DNA from: Candidatus Cloacimonadales bacterium
GTDB taxonomy: Bacteria > Cloacimonadota > Cloacimonadia > Cloacimonadales > TCS61
Length of the DNA: 61,367 nucleotides
Direction of reading: 5' to 3'
NCBI GenBank assembly: GCA_030656075.1
Contig: JAUSOT010000145.1
Coordinates: 1 to 61,367 of the forward strand
Shown: in pieces, positions 19,686 to 28,810 of the stretch
Position numbering within the stretch: the first letter of the stretch is position 1
Layout of the letters: every line of letters starts with the position of its first letter
Made by a program: the position numbers and the translations under genes
Notes under the pieces: model-generated
The model's input: the letters and a program-made list of their open reading frames with translations, nothing else
Told to the model about the DNA's origin: nothing
The model's database searches: none

Positions 19686-22049
19686 ATGAAACTAAAATTC
19701 TTTCTTTTGTTCGTATTTGTTAGCGTTTTTTCGTTGCTAACCTCTATAACCTGGCACATCAAACAGGACGGCACAGGTGACTTTACAACCATCCAGGAAG
19801 GCATCAATGCGTCTGTAGATACTGATACTGTTTTAGTCTATCCTGGAACCTACTATGAAAATATCATCTACAATGGCAAAAACATAACCGTTGCCAGTCT
19901 TGAACTTACAACAGGTGATCCATCTTATATTCCGTTAACAGTTATAAATGGTCAACAGCAAGGGAGTTGTGTAAGAGTCTGGGATCAGGAATCTACGGCA
20001 AAAATACAGGGTTTTACGCTTACAAATGGCTGGGGTAGTCAATGGTATCGCAGATCGGGTGGTGGTGTGATAATAACCGGTGAATATCAAAATCCTACTT
20101 CATTTTCTATTAAGAATTGCAGGATTACCAATAACTATTCCGAAACAGGTGGTGGAATTTATGCATTCAGAAGTAATCTTGAATTATCAGGAGTTTCAAT
20201 TCATAATAACTATTCCTATATGTGTGGTGGTGGTATTGATTTGAATGAAACAATAGTTGATTTTAATAACGTGAATAGATGCAATATTTATGATAATCTT
20301 GCTGGTACTGGATTAGATATATACTCCTTCAGATGTCAAACTAATGAAGTAATTGTAGATACGTTTACAGTTATAGAACCAACCCGATATTTTGCAAATC
20401 AATTTGAACTTAATTCATGTCCCAATCCTCCTTATTCGTTCGATATTCTCCATGCTTCAATGCAGCCGGTTAATGACGATCTTTTTGTATCCCCTTATGG
20501 AGATGATGCAAATTCCGGTTTATCATCAAATGAACCGATGAAAACGATTATTCAGGCTATCCGTAAAGTTGCTTCGGATAGTCTTAATCCCAAAACTGTT
20601 CACCTGGCAGCCGGTGTTTACAGCAAAAGTGCAAATGATCAATTCTTTGCATTTGGAGGAAAAGATAATATTAATATCATTGGAGATGGTAAAACAACTA
20701 CTATAATTGATGGAGAATACGGACAATATCCATTGTTTTATATGGGTGGAGCTGATAACGCTATTATAGAAAATATGACATTTAAAAACATTAATTATTA
20801 TTCTAGTATTATTAGGCTATTTGATTCAGATTTCTGTTTATTTAAAAATTTGATAATCCAGAATTTTGAAGGAACTGATATAATTGGTGCTTTCATTAGT
20901 AATCCAACTGAGCACTTATTTATAGATAATGTTGATTTTATTAATTGTTTTACTCCGCTAGGTGTTGCTGCTGCGGACATTGGTGAAATTGATTATTTAG
21001 AGATGGATGGATGTAAATTCATAAATAACACATGTTCTGGTTCAGCCTATACTCAACTTTGTGCTGGTTTACAAACTGGAACATATAATGAGGGAGAAGT
21101 AGTTATAAAAAATACAAGATTTTCAAATAATGTAATTGATGCAAGTGAATATGGAGTCAGTGCATTAGTTTTAAACACTTTAAACGGAGAAAGCGGGAAA
21201 TATACAATTTCTAATTGCCTATTTGATAATAACCAGTGTTTAGGTACAGCTTATAGAACCGTAAACATTGACGGTTCTGATGATGTATATATAAATAATT
21301 CAACATTTGTAAATAATACTAGTACATATACTTTAATCATACTTAGAAATCCAATCGAGTTTCATAATAACATAATGCGCAACAATTGTAACTATGAGAT
21401 TTTTTTACCCGACAACTCCTCTATTGGATATCAGGCAGAACTCAATATCTCCCATTGTAATATCCAAGGTGGTTACAGTGCAATTTATAACCAAAACAAT
21501 GCCAATATTGTAAACTGGGGAGAAGGTAACATCGACGCTGACCCGCAATTCCTTCTTTCCGGAGACGATCCTTATCAACTAACAGAACTTTCTCCCTGCA
21601 TCGACACCGGCACACCGGATACAACCGGTTTATTCATTCCGCCCTGGGATGTACTGTATAACCAAAGAGTCTGGGATGGAGATAATAATGGAACAGCAAT
21701 TATTGATATGGGATGTTATGAATATGGAGCAGAGCTGTATGTAGAAGCCACCCAAAACCAAATACCCAGCACCCCATACCAATTAACTAATTATCCTAAT
21801 CCCTTCAATCCTGAAACGAAGATAGTCTTCAATCTTCCTGAATCCGGTAAAGTGAAATTGGAAATCTACAACATTAAAGGGCAGAAAGTAAAGACTCTGA
21901 TGGATGCTTATACAGCTAAAGGAGAGTTCACGGCCATCTGGAATGGACGAGACAATTCTGGAAAACGAGTAGCGAGTGGTGAGTATCTGGCAACTTTGAA
22001 AGTGAATGATGAGATCGTGACGGAAAGGAAGTTAGTGCTTTTGAAATAA
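19686..22049 (+). CDS. Secreted right-handed beta-helix (DUF1565-like) protein with FlgD-Ig C-terminus
   Basis: Start MKLKF (19686); DGTGDFTTIQEGI...VYPGTYYEN, VSPYGDDANSG, Asn-rich repeats, GNIDADPQF...SPCIDTG, IDMGCYEY, NYPNPFNP. Confidence 0.85.
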   Translation: MKLKFFLLFVFVSVFSLLTSITWHIKQDGTGDFTTIQEGINASVDTDTVLVYPGTYYENIIYNGKNITVASLELTTGDPSYIPLTVINGQQQGSCVRVWDQESTAKIQGFTLTNGWGSQWYRRSGGGVIITGEYQNPTSFSIKNCRITNNYSETGGGIYAFRSNLELSGVSIHNNYSYMCGGGIDLNETIVDFNNVNRCNIYDNLAGTGLDIYSFRCQTNEVIVDTFTVIEPTRYFANQFELNSCPNPPYSFDILHASMQPVNDDLFVSPYGDDANSGLSSNEPMKTIIQAIRKVASDSLNPKTVHLAAGVYSKSANDQFFAFGGKDNINIIGDGKTTTIIDGEYGQYPLFYMGGADNAIIENMTFKNINYYSSIIRLFDSDFCLFKNLIIQNFEGTDIIGAFISNPTEHLFIDNVDFINCFTPLGVAAADIGEIDYLEMDGCKFINNTCSGSAYTQLCAGLQTGTYNEGEVVIKNTRFSNNVIDASEYGVSALVLNTLNGESGKYTISNCLFDNNQCLGTAYRTVNIDGSDDVYINNSTFVNNTSTYTLIILRNPIEFHNNIMRNNCNYEIFLPDNSSIGYQAELNISHCNIQGGYSAIYNQNNANIVNWGEGNIDADPQFLLSGDDPYQLTELSPCIDTGTPDTTGLFIPPWDVLYNQRVWDGDNNGTAIIDMGCYEYGAELYVEATQNQIPSTPYQLTNYPNPFNPETKIVFNLPESGKVKLEIYNIKGQKVKTLMDAYTAKGEFTAIWNGRDNSGKRVASGEYLATLKVNDEIVTERKLVLLK

Positions 22050-22260
22050 TTTTCACCTTCGGAACGGTCGAGTATTCGAGAACCTTCCAAAGCTTATATG
22101 CGACCTGCCATGTCGAAAATTGAATTTCAGCAAGCTGGCATCTTGCTTAGCAATTTCAAAAATTTTGTCGTCAGGATCAAAACCCAAGTCGAGTCTATAG
22201 AAGCCGTAGAAAGAAATTTTTTTTACGAAAATTTGTATGACCCGACTCGGGTTTTCGGAT

Positions 22261-23148
22261 TTATTCTAAATAATAACCGGCTCCCACGGCTAACATTTCA
22301 TCGCCAATGACGACTTTTTTCACATAAGACATTTTTTGTGAAGATACCTCATTGCCGGGTTTGGACCACATATAATCTATCCAACAGCTTTCCTGAGTTT
22401 TCAGAATTTCCAGCTGTTCTTTCATGAAATATTTTCCGTTAGTATCTTGAAGATTAATAACGTCTGTTCCCACCAACTGAGGAGAAAAGGGATTCACCAC
22501 ACAACCACCCTCCAGGGTTACGACAAAAATATAAGAATTCAAAAAAATAAATTTATCCGCTTTATCATTGAATCTGGCAAAAGCGGCTTCTTTGCCTTCC
22601 TGCTGCAAAACTTCCTCGGCTTCATTCACGGCAGTTTCGATGAAAACTTTTTCGATTGGCATATTGTATTTGCCGCTGCCCACCAGGTATTCCGTTCCAT
22701 CAGGAGCTACAGCTTTTTTGATGAAAGTAGATTTCCATTCTATCAAATTTGTGTCCGGCAATGTCCACTCATAAAAAACCCAGCCTTCACCGTTTTGAGC
22801 AGTCTCCACGAACATCTTGCCAATCGGTTTGCCGTTAATATCTTTCAAATCCAGCATGTTTTTACCTTCGCCGGCGGCATCCGGCGGATAAACATAGCGC
22901 ATGCCATCCATACCCCAGACGAAAACGTAATTCTCTCCATAAAACCATTCGCTGTTTTTCTGACGAAAATCCGGAAAAGCTTTTTCTCCTTTTCTTCCTA
23001 TCAAATCGACAGCATCATACACCAACTGCACGACTTCTTTTGTTTTTTCATGCCCATAGATCGACAGATCGGGAACAACAGCCTTTTTTGCCGGAGTGCA
23101 GGAAATAAGGATTCCCAAAATAACTAAAACAAATAAAAAGTACTTCAT
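22261..23148 (-). CDS. Lipoprotein with two tandem sCache-type domains
   Basis: Lipobox ILISC; two copies of YxFV...P...G.N/D..L.D.NGK...W..Y.W..P...K. Confidence 0.85.
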   Translation of the reverse strand: MKYFLFVLVILGILISCTPAKKAVVPDLSIYGHEKTKEVVQLVYDAVDLIGRKGEKAFPDFRQKNSEWFYGENYVFVWGMDGMRYVYPPDAAGEGKNMLDLKDINGKPIGKMFVETAQNGEGWVFYEWTLPDTNLIEWKSTFIKKAVAPDGTEYLVGSGKYNMPIEKVFIETAVNEAEEVLQQEGKEAAFARFNDKADKFIFLNSYIFVVTLEGGCVVNPFSPQLVGTDVINLQDTNGKYFMKEQLEILKTQESCWIDYMWSKPGNEVSSQKMSYVKKVVIGDEMLAVGAGYYLE

Positions 23149-23741
23149 GATCTCCTCCCAAGGATTTTTTTAAAACTAAGTTATTTATTAATTTTCAGTT
23201 ATTTACTGTCAAATAGAATTTCTGAACTCACCCGGGCTCTTCCCTCTCTTTCCCGCTATTGCTCAAATAGAGGGAACATTAGATGCCGCTGAAAGAAAAT
23301 ACTCAGTGAAAATTATTAAATATACTGGAACAAAACTAACCTTGAAAAGGGCTTCTTCTATTATTTCAGATTACTTAGCACTTTCAAGGTTCCTATCAGA
23401 TTTTTTCAATAATTTACTTAACACATGTTCTGCGACATGTACCAAGTAAATTTCACAAAGGTTATGATCTGGCGAATAGTTGGAAAAATCAAAACTTGTC
23501 CTAAGCTCGAAAGAGTCTTGGGATAAGCTGATAAGGAAATAAGCTCCCCTCTTGTAATGAAGAGGGGTTGGGGGAGTTTTTGAACAAATCTTTCAAAAAA
23601 TGAGATTCCCGCTTTCTCGGGAATGACAGAGCAACAAGAAACAAAGATTAAAAGTCCGCTTCTGTTCGTGTTTGTTCGTTGCTAAAACAAAACTGCTTCA
23701 TTTTAATTGACACCCCAAAACAGCCGAAAACATTGAACCGC

Positions 23742-24728
23742 ATGATTGAATTAAAGAAAAAGGATTTTGGGAAAATACCTGAAAAAACAGGATATTACTT
23801 TTTGGCTGAAGCAGAGAAAATTCTCTTCACCGGCAAGACATCCAACCTGCAGAAAAGCATTCAAAAAATTCTTACTTCAGGTCTGGAAAATAAAAACATT
23901 TTCCAGCTCGTTTCACTCACCCAAAAGATTTCCTACCAGGAAACCAACTCGCTTTTTGCCGCTCTTTTAGAAGAAAAAAAAATCCTGCAAAAACATAATC
24001 CTGAATTCAATCAAAGTATTCGTCTGTATGACAGTTACGTCTATCTGGCAGTGGATTTTTATCATGTTCCTTTTTTGAAGATCAGCGAAAATACCTTAGA
24101 AGATCTGTATTATCTGGGACCATTCCGCAGCAGATTCTTTCTTTATGATTTCATCGATGCCATGGCAGTGCTATTTCAGTTTCCTTCCTGTGAACAGCGT
24201 CCGGCTGCCGACGGAAATGAAAAATTTCCCTGCCGAAAGCTGAAAGAAGGAAAGTGCAGCGGCTGGTGTTTACAAGACAAACCGGAAATCGTTGAAATGC
24301 TGTTTGGAACATATTTTCAAGATAATCGCAAATTAATTAAAAAAACTAAAAGCCGACAGAAAAAATTAATGGATAGCCTGGAATTTCTAAAGCTGGAAAC
24401 TTTGAACGAGCAAATCGAGCTGATCGAAAAATATTATGATTTTCTGCAATTTTTTCACGTTACCAAAAAGCTGGAGACAACACTTTCCTACGAAAATAAA
24501 AAAGTGAAAATTGCTGGTGGCTTGCTATCTGAAATTGAGAAAAGCGGCAAAATTTGGGACTTTAATAATTTCCTGCCGGAATATCGGCGCAATGAATTCC
24601 TGGCTCACGATAAGAGCCAGTTTATGGAGCGCCTCATCATTTACCGCCAATTAAAGAAAAATAAACTTGATGCAATTGAGGATATTTATAAAAAGTCGAT
24701 TTTAGAGATGAAAGGAAATTTGGAATAA
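23742..24728 (+). CDS. UvrC N-terminal/Cho-like GIY-YIG protein, degenerate
   Basis: IPEKTGYY...ILFTGKTSNL, ALLEEKKILQKHNPEFN, YLGPF, Cys cluster; likely start MIELKK at 23742. Confidence 0.75.
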   Translation: MIELKKKDFGKIPEKTGYYFLAEAEKILFTGKTSNLQKSIQKILTSGLENKNIFQLVSLTQKISYQETNSLFAALLEEKKILQKHNPEFNQSIRLYDSYVYLAVDFYHVPFLKISENTLEDLYYLGPFRSRFFLYDFIDAMAVLFQFPSCEQRPAADGNEKFPCRKLKEGKCSGWCLQDKPEIVEMLFGTYFQDNRKLIKKTKSRQKKLMDSLEFLKLETLNEQIELIEKYYDFLQFFHVTKKLETTLSYENKKVKIAGGLLSEIEKSGKIWDFNNFLPEYRRNEFLAHDKSQFMERLIIYRQLKKNKLDAIEDIYKKSILEMKGNLE

Positions 24729-24730
24729 AG

Positions 24731-25102
24731 ATGAAGATCCTTATTGTTGATGACGAAATAACCGTTACACAATATTTGAAACTGGAATTGGAAGACTGCT
24801 GCCAGGATCTGGAAGTGATAACCGAAAACACCGGCTACGAAGCGCTCAACAGGCTGATGCAGGGCGATATAAATCTGCTGCTGACCGATATTGCCATGCC
24901 CGATATGGATGGCTATGAATTGTATTCCCGGGCAAAAGAATACGACGAAAATCTGCCGATCATCATGATGACAGGATTTGGCTACGATCCGGGACATGCC
25001 ATTGTAAAATCGCGCCGGGACGGATTACAGGATGTTCTTTTCAAACCTTTTGAAACTCAGAAACTATTTGATCTGATCAAGAAAAGAGTGATGGGAGAAT
25101 AG
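24731..25102 (+). CDS. Single-domain response regulator
   Basis: KILIVDDE, LTDIAMPDMDG (phospho-Asp), MMTG, FKPF. Confidence 0.93.
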   Translation: MKILIVDDEITVTQYLKLELEDCCQDLEVITENTGYEALNRLMQGDINLLLTDIAMPDMDGYELYSRAKEYDENLPIIMMTGFGYDPGHAIVKSRRDGLQDVLFKPFETQKLFDLIKKRVMGE

Positions 25103-26136
25103 CCACGAAACGTTTACTTTATGTCATTTTTGCTTTGTTTTATTTCTCGTTTTGTACTGCTTTGGAAGTCTCTGATCCGAACTATGAAAATCTGCATATC
25201 AGCGGCAATGAGAACGATGTAAATGTACTGAAGCACATAATCTCCCAATTTGACGCAGATATTTTTGCCTTCCAGAAAAGCGTAGGAGCCTACCTGGATG
25301 CACCGATCAATATCAGCATCGCTGCCGACAAAAAAGAGTACAAATCATGGACAGGTGGGAAATCTTCTATTCTTGAATTCAGCCAGGCTTTTTATAATCA
25401 ACAGACCGATACGATCTACCTGAGGAATCCGGCTGAACTGAATAATCTGGTCATGTTGCAGCGCATTTTGCTGCACGAATATATTCACCATTTTGTCGGT
25501 TACTATTGGAAGAATCCGCCGCTTTGGTTCAATGAAGGAATGGCAGTATATTTCAGTAATGATATGGGATTTGACCGCGAACTGAACTTCGCCAAAAATT
25601 TTATTCTGGGTAACTCACGCACCTTGAATATGATGAAATACAGCTATCCACGCAATCAAATCGAATGGGAAAGCTTTTATGCCAAATCAGGGCTGGCGGT
25701 GAAGTATATTTACCTGAAAAAGAAGATCGAATTCTACCGCTTCTGGGATTTGGCAAAACCGGAGCATGATTTCGATTCCGCTTTTCTAAAAGCTTTTCTG
25801 ATGAGCACGGCAGAGTTTTCCACTCAATTTGAAAATTATGCCAAAACTCATTTCCGGGTGGAAATTTTGCTTGCCTCCAGCGGTATGATCTGGAGTATTT
25901 TACCGTTGGTTTTGATCGCCGGGGTAATTCGCCGGAAGTTCATTAACAGGAAGAAATTGAAAGTGTGGGAAAAGGAAGCGGAAGAATTTGATAATATTTC
26001 TTCGTCTGCAGGAGCAGAAAATGCGCATTCCAACGCAGGAGCATTGGAACGAGAAAATTCTGTCATCCTGCCTGCCAAGCCGAAACATAGTGAAGGCTGG
26101 AGCGAAGTCGAAGGAACAGAATCAAAAAGAGAATAA
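25099..26136 (+). CDS. Peptidase MA-like zinc metalloprotease domain protein with C-terminal TM helix
   Basis: LLHEYIH and PLWFNEGMA motifs. Start is either ATA 25099 (restores a KR-led signal peptide) or TTG 25135. Confidence 0.75.
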   Translation: MATKRLLYVIFALFYFSFCTALEVSDPNYENLHISGNENDVNVLKHIISQFDADIFAFQKSVGAYLDAPINISIAADKKEYKSWTGGKSSILEFSQAFYNQQTDTIYLRNPAELNNLVMLQRILLHEYIHHFVGYYWKNPPLWFNEGMAVYFSNDMGFDRELNFAKNFILGNSRTLNMMKYSYPRNQIEWESFYAKSGLAVKYIYLKKKIEFYRFWDLAKPEHDFDSAFLKAFLMSTAEFSTQFENYAKTHFRVEILLASSGMIWSILPLVLIAGVIRRKFINRKKLKVWEKEAEEFDNISSSAGAENAHSNAGALERENSVILPAKPKHSEGWSEVEGTESKRE

Positions 26137-26406
26137 GTTAATGTCTTTCTGACGTATCTGACACGTTGTTCTCTGGAAGAATCTCGACTATAGATGGAAG
26201 ATAAGCTGGATGAAAATTCAAGAGATTCTTCAGGAGTTTCATCTGGTTCCAATGCTCTGCGTTGGAATCCAAGATTTACGCTCAGCGTATGTTATGCTCT
26301 GTTTTTCCCGCGGGAGCGGAAGTATTTCGTTCCGACGTGGAACATCGGAACGAGAAAAATTACTCCTTCTCCTCGATAGGAGAAGGCTGGGATGAGGTCG
26401 AATTTA

Positions 26407-27180
26407 ATGAAAGAATTTGATAAACTGGTAGAGATAATTGCCAATTTGCGCAATAAAAACGGCGGCTGTCCGTGGGATTTGAAACAGACTCACGAATCGC
26501 TGGTGCCAAATTTCATCGAGGAATTATACGAATCGATAGAAGCGATCGAAAATAAAGATTACAATCATCTTTCAGAGGAGTTGGGCGACTTGATGCTGCA
26601 CATCATCATGCAGGCACAAATAGCTCATGAAGCAGGAGAATTCCAGATCGAAGAAGTGTTGAACAAAATCAACGACAAACTCATCCGCCGTCATCCGCAT
26701 GTGTTTGCCGATGGTTATGCCAAAGATGCCAACGGCGTGAAAATGAATTGGGAACGCATCAAGTTCGATGAAAAGAAAAAATCCCGCCAATCGGCTATCG
26801 ATGGCATTCCCCGCTCCATGCCAGCTCTCATCGTAGCCCAGAGAATGCAGGAAAAAGCTGCTTCGGTCGGCTTTGATTGGCCGGATGTGGAACCAGCTGT
26901 GGATAAATTAGAAGAAGAAATTCATGAATTCATCGATGCCTTCCAACAAAAAAACGTAGAAGAAATGCAGGACGAACTGGGAGACATGCTGTTTTCCATC
27001 GTGAATATTGCGCGTAAATTGGGTTTCGATACCGAATCGGCATTACGACGAACGATCGATAAATTTGATTCTCGCTTCCGAAAAGTGGAAGAACATTACC
27101 GCAAAAATGATAAAAACATGCTGGATGCCAGCTTGGAGCAGTTAGATGAAATCTGGGAAATTGCAAAAAAAGACGAGTAA
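26407..27180 (+). CDS. mazG: Nucleoside triphosphate pyrophosphohydrolase MazG
   Basis: GCPWDLKQT, EELGDL, KLIRRHPHVF, GFDW, DELGD; start MKEF at 26407. Confidence 0.95.
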   Translation: MKEFDKLVEIIANLRNKNGGCPWDLKQTHESLVPNFIEELYESIEAIENKDYNHLSEELGDLMLHIIMQAQIAHEAGEFQIEEVLNKINDKLIRRHPHVFADGYAKDANGVKMNWERIKFDEKKKSRQSAIDGIPRSMPALIVAQRMQEKAASVGFDWPDVEPAVDKLEEEIHEFIDAFQQKNVEEMQDELGDMLFSIVNIARKLGFDTESALRRTIDKFDSRFRKVEEHYRKNDKNMLDASLEQLDEIWEIAKKDE

Positions 27181-28375
27181 AAGAAATCGATTTGTAACAG
27201 GTTACTTTGTTGTCGGCAGCATCATACTGCTGATTTTTTTCGTGCTGTACACAAATATGCTGCTGCGTGATATCCGCCAGGACGTTCAGGTTGTTCCCGA
27301 CTTGTATTCCAAATTTCTGGGGCTTCCCACCGACGTTAACCTGGAGCATTTTCTCTTTCAATATTTCATGGAAGAGATCATTCCCCGCATCGATTATCCC
27401 ATCATTCTGGCTGATAGTTTAAAGATTCCGTTCAGTTGGGAAAACATCGAGATCGAGCAGAAAGAATTTAAAGAATTGGATGAAAGGGAACAGAAAATTC
27501 TACTTTCCATGCTAAAAAAAATGGAAGCTCAAGGCGGTATGATTCCGCTGAAATTCAGTCATGATGATCCTAAAATTTATAGTTGGGTATATTTCGGCGA
27601 CTCTCACACTCTCACCCAATTGAAAATGATGCCCTACATCGATATGGGATTGATCGTGATTTTCCTGCTTCTGGGAATTTACGGGATTATCATCATCAAA
27701 AAAGGTGAAAGGAACATTATCTGGGTGGGACTGGCCAAAGAAACAGCGCATCAGTTTGGAACGCCGCTTTCTTCCTTACGGGGCTGGATCGATATTTTGG
27801 AAATGAAACTGCTGGAAAAAGGCGATGATGCAGAAATGATTTCTATGCTGAAGAATATGAAAGGCGATGTGAACCGGCTCAGCAAAATTGCCTCACGTTT
27901 TGGAAAAGTTGGTTCCGTAATCAAATGTCAGGATTGCAGTTTGCACGACATCATCACTGCCACGATCGAACATTTCAAGCATCGTTTGCCTACAGAATCG
28001 AAAAAAATCGAAATAAAATATATCAGTGAGATCAAAGATTTGAAGGTTGAAATAGATGCCGATCTGATCACCTGGACTTTGGAAAACCTGATCAAAAACG
28101 CCATCGATGCCATGCAGGACAAAGGCGGCATTATCACAGTGAAAGCTTTTTCGCAGAAAGGAAAAACATATATTCATGTTACTGATGAAGGTGTGGGAAT
28201 GCCGAAATCCTTGTTCAAGAAAATATTCATTCCCGGCACGACCAGCAAAGAACGCGGCTGGGGATTGGGTTTGAGTTTGGCTAAAAGAATTATCGAAGAA
28301 TATCATAAAGGCAAAATTCGCGTTTTGGAAAGCGAAGTGGGCAAAGGCACCACGTTTGAGATTGTGTTGGAATGA
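27146..28375 (+). CDS. Membrane sensor histidine kinase
   Basis: Two TM helices; AKETAHQFGTPLS H-box; ENLIKNAIDA, DEGVG, GWGLGL. Confidence 0.92.
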   Translation: MKSGKLQKKTSKRNRFVTGYFVVGSIILLIFFVLYTNMLLRDIRQDVQVVPDLYSKFLGLPTDVNLEHFLFQYFMEEIIPRIDYPIILADSLKIPFSWENIEIEQKEFKELDEREQKILLSMLKKMEAQGGMIPLKFSHDDPKIYSWVYFGDSHTLTQLKMMPYIDMGLIVIFLLLGIYGIIIIKKGERNIIWVGLAKETAHQFGTPLSSLRGWIDILEMKLLEKGDDAEMISMLKNMKGDVNRLSKIASRFGKVGSVIKCQDCSLHDIITATIEHFKHRLPTESKKIEIKYISEIKDLKVEIDADLITWTLENLIKNAIDAMQDKGGIITVKAFSQKGKTYIHVTDEGVGMPKSLFKKIFIPGTTSKERGWGLGLSLAKRIIEEYHKGKIRVLESEVGKGTTFEIVLE

Positions 28376-28509
28376 GATTCTCCCCTTCGGAAGGGGAGAT
28401 GCGGCTTTAGCCGTAGAGGGGTTTTGCAAGATAGAGGATTAATTCAGGAATAGTTTTAAGCTAAACTCTAAGATTGGCTATGGCAAACCCTCTTTAATTC
28501 CCCCTTGCG

Positions 28510-28796
28510 AAGGGGGACAAATGAGTTCTGCATAATAGAGTGTTTTTCACCTCACCTCAATCCTCTCCTGAGAGGAGAGGAAGTTCGCTTTTCTCCTTCT
28601 CCTCGATAGGAGAAGGCTGGGATGAGGTGGATATTGAGAGTGTAAAATACAAGATTAGCTCTTAATCTATTTCAATGATTTAGAAGAAGTTAACTTCTAA
28701 ATATCGGACAGGATGTAGTCAAAATGCCTTTAGTGTTTTTAACTTATTTTATTACAATAAGTTATGAATTGTGAAAAAGGCTTAAAGGGGGACAAA
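28510..28796. mobile_element. 263-bp insert with conserved end motif, flanked by a 12-bp direct repeat
   Basis: AAGGGGGACAAA at 28510-28521 and 28785-28796; insert begins TGAGTTCTGCATAATAGAGTG. Confidence 0.6.
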
Positions 28797-28810
28797 AGTT
28801 AGGAGGTCAC

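Noticed and set aside
28521-28550. dif/Xer site (GTTCTGCATAA resembles a XerC arm)
   Set aside because: No XerD arm (TTATGTTAAAT-like) after a 6-bp spacer, and the motif is multicopy.
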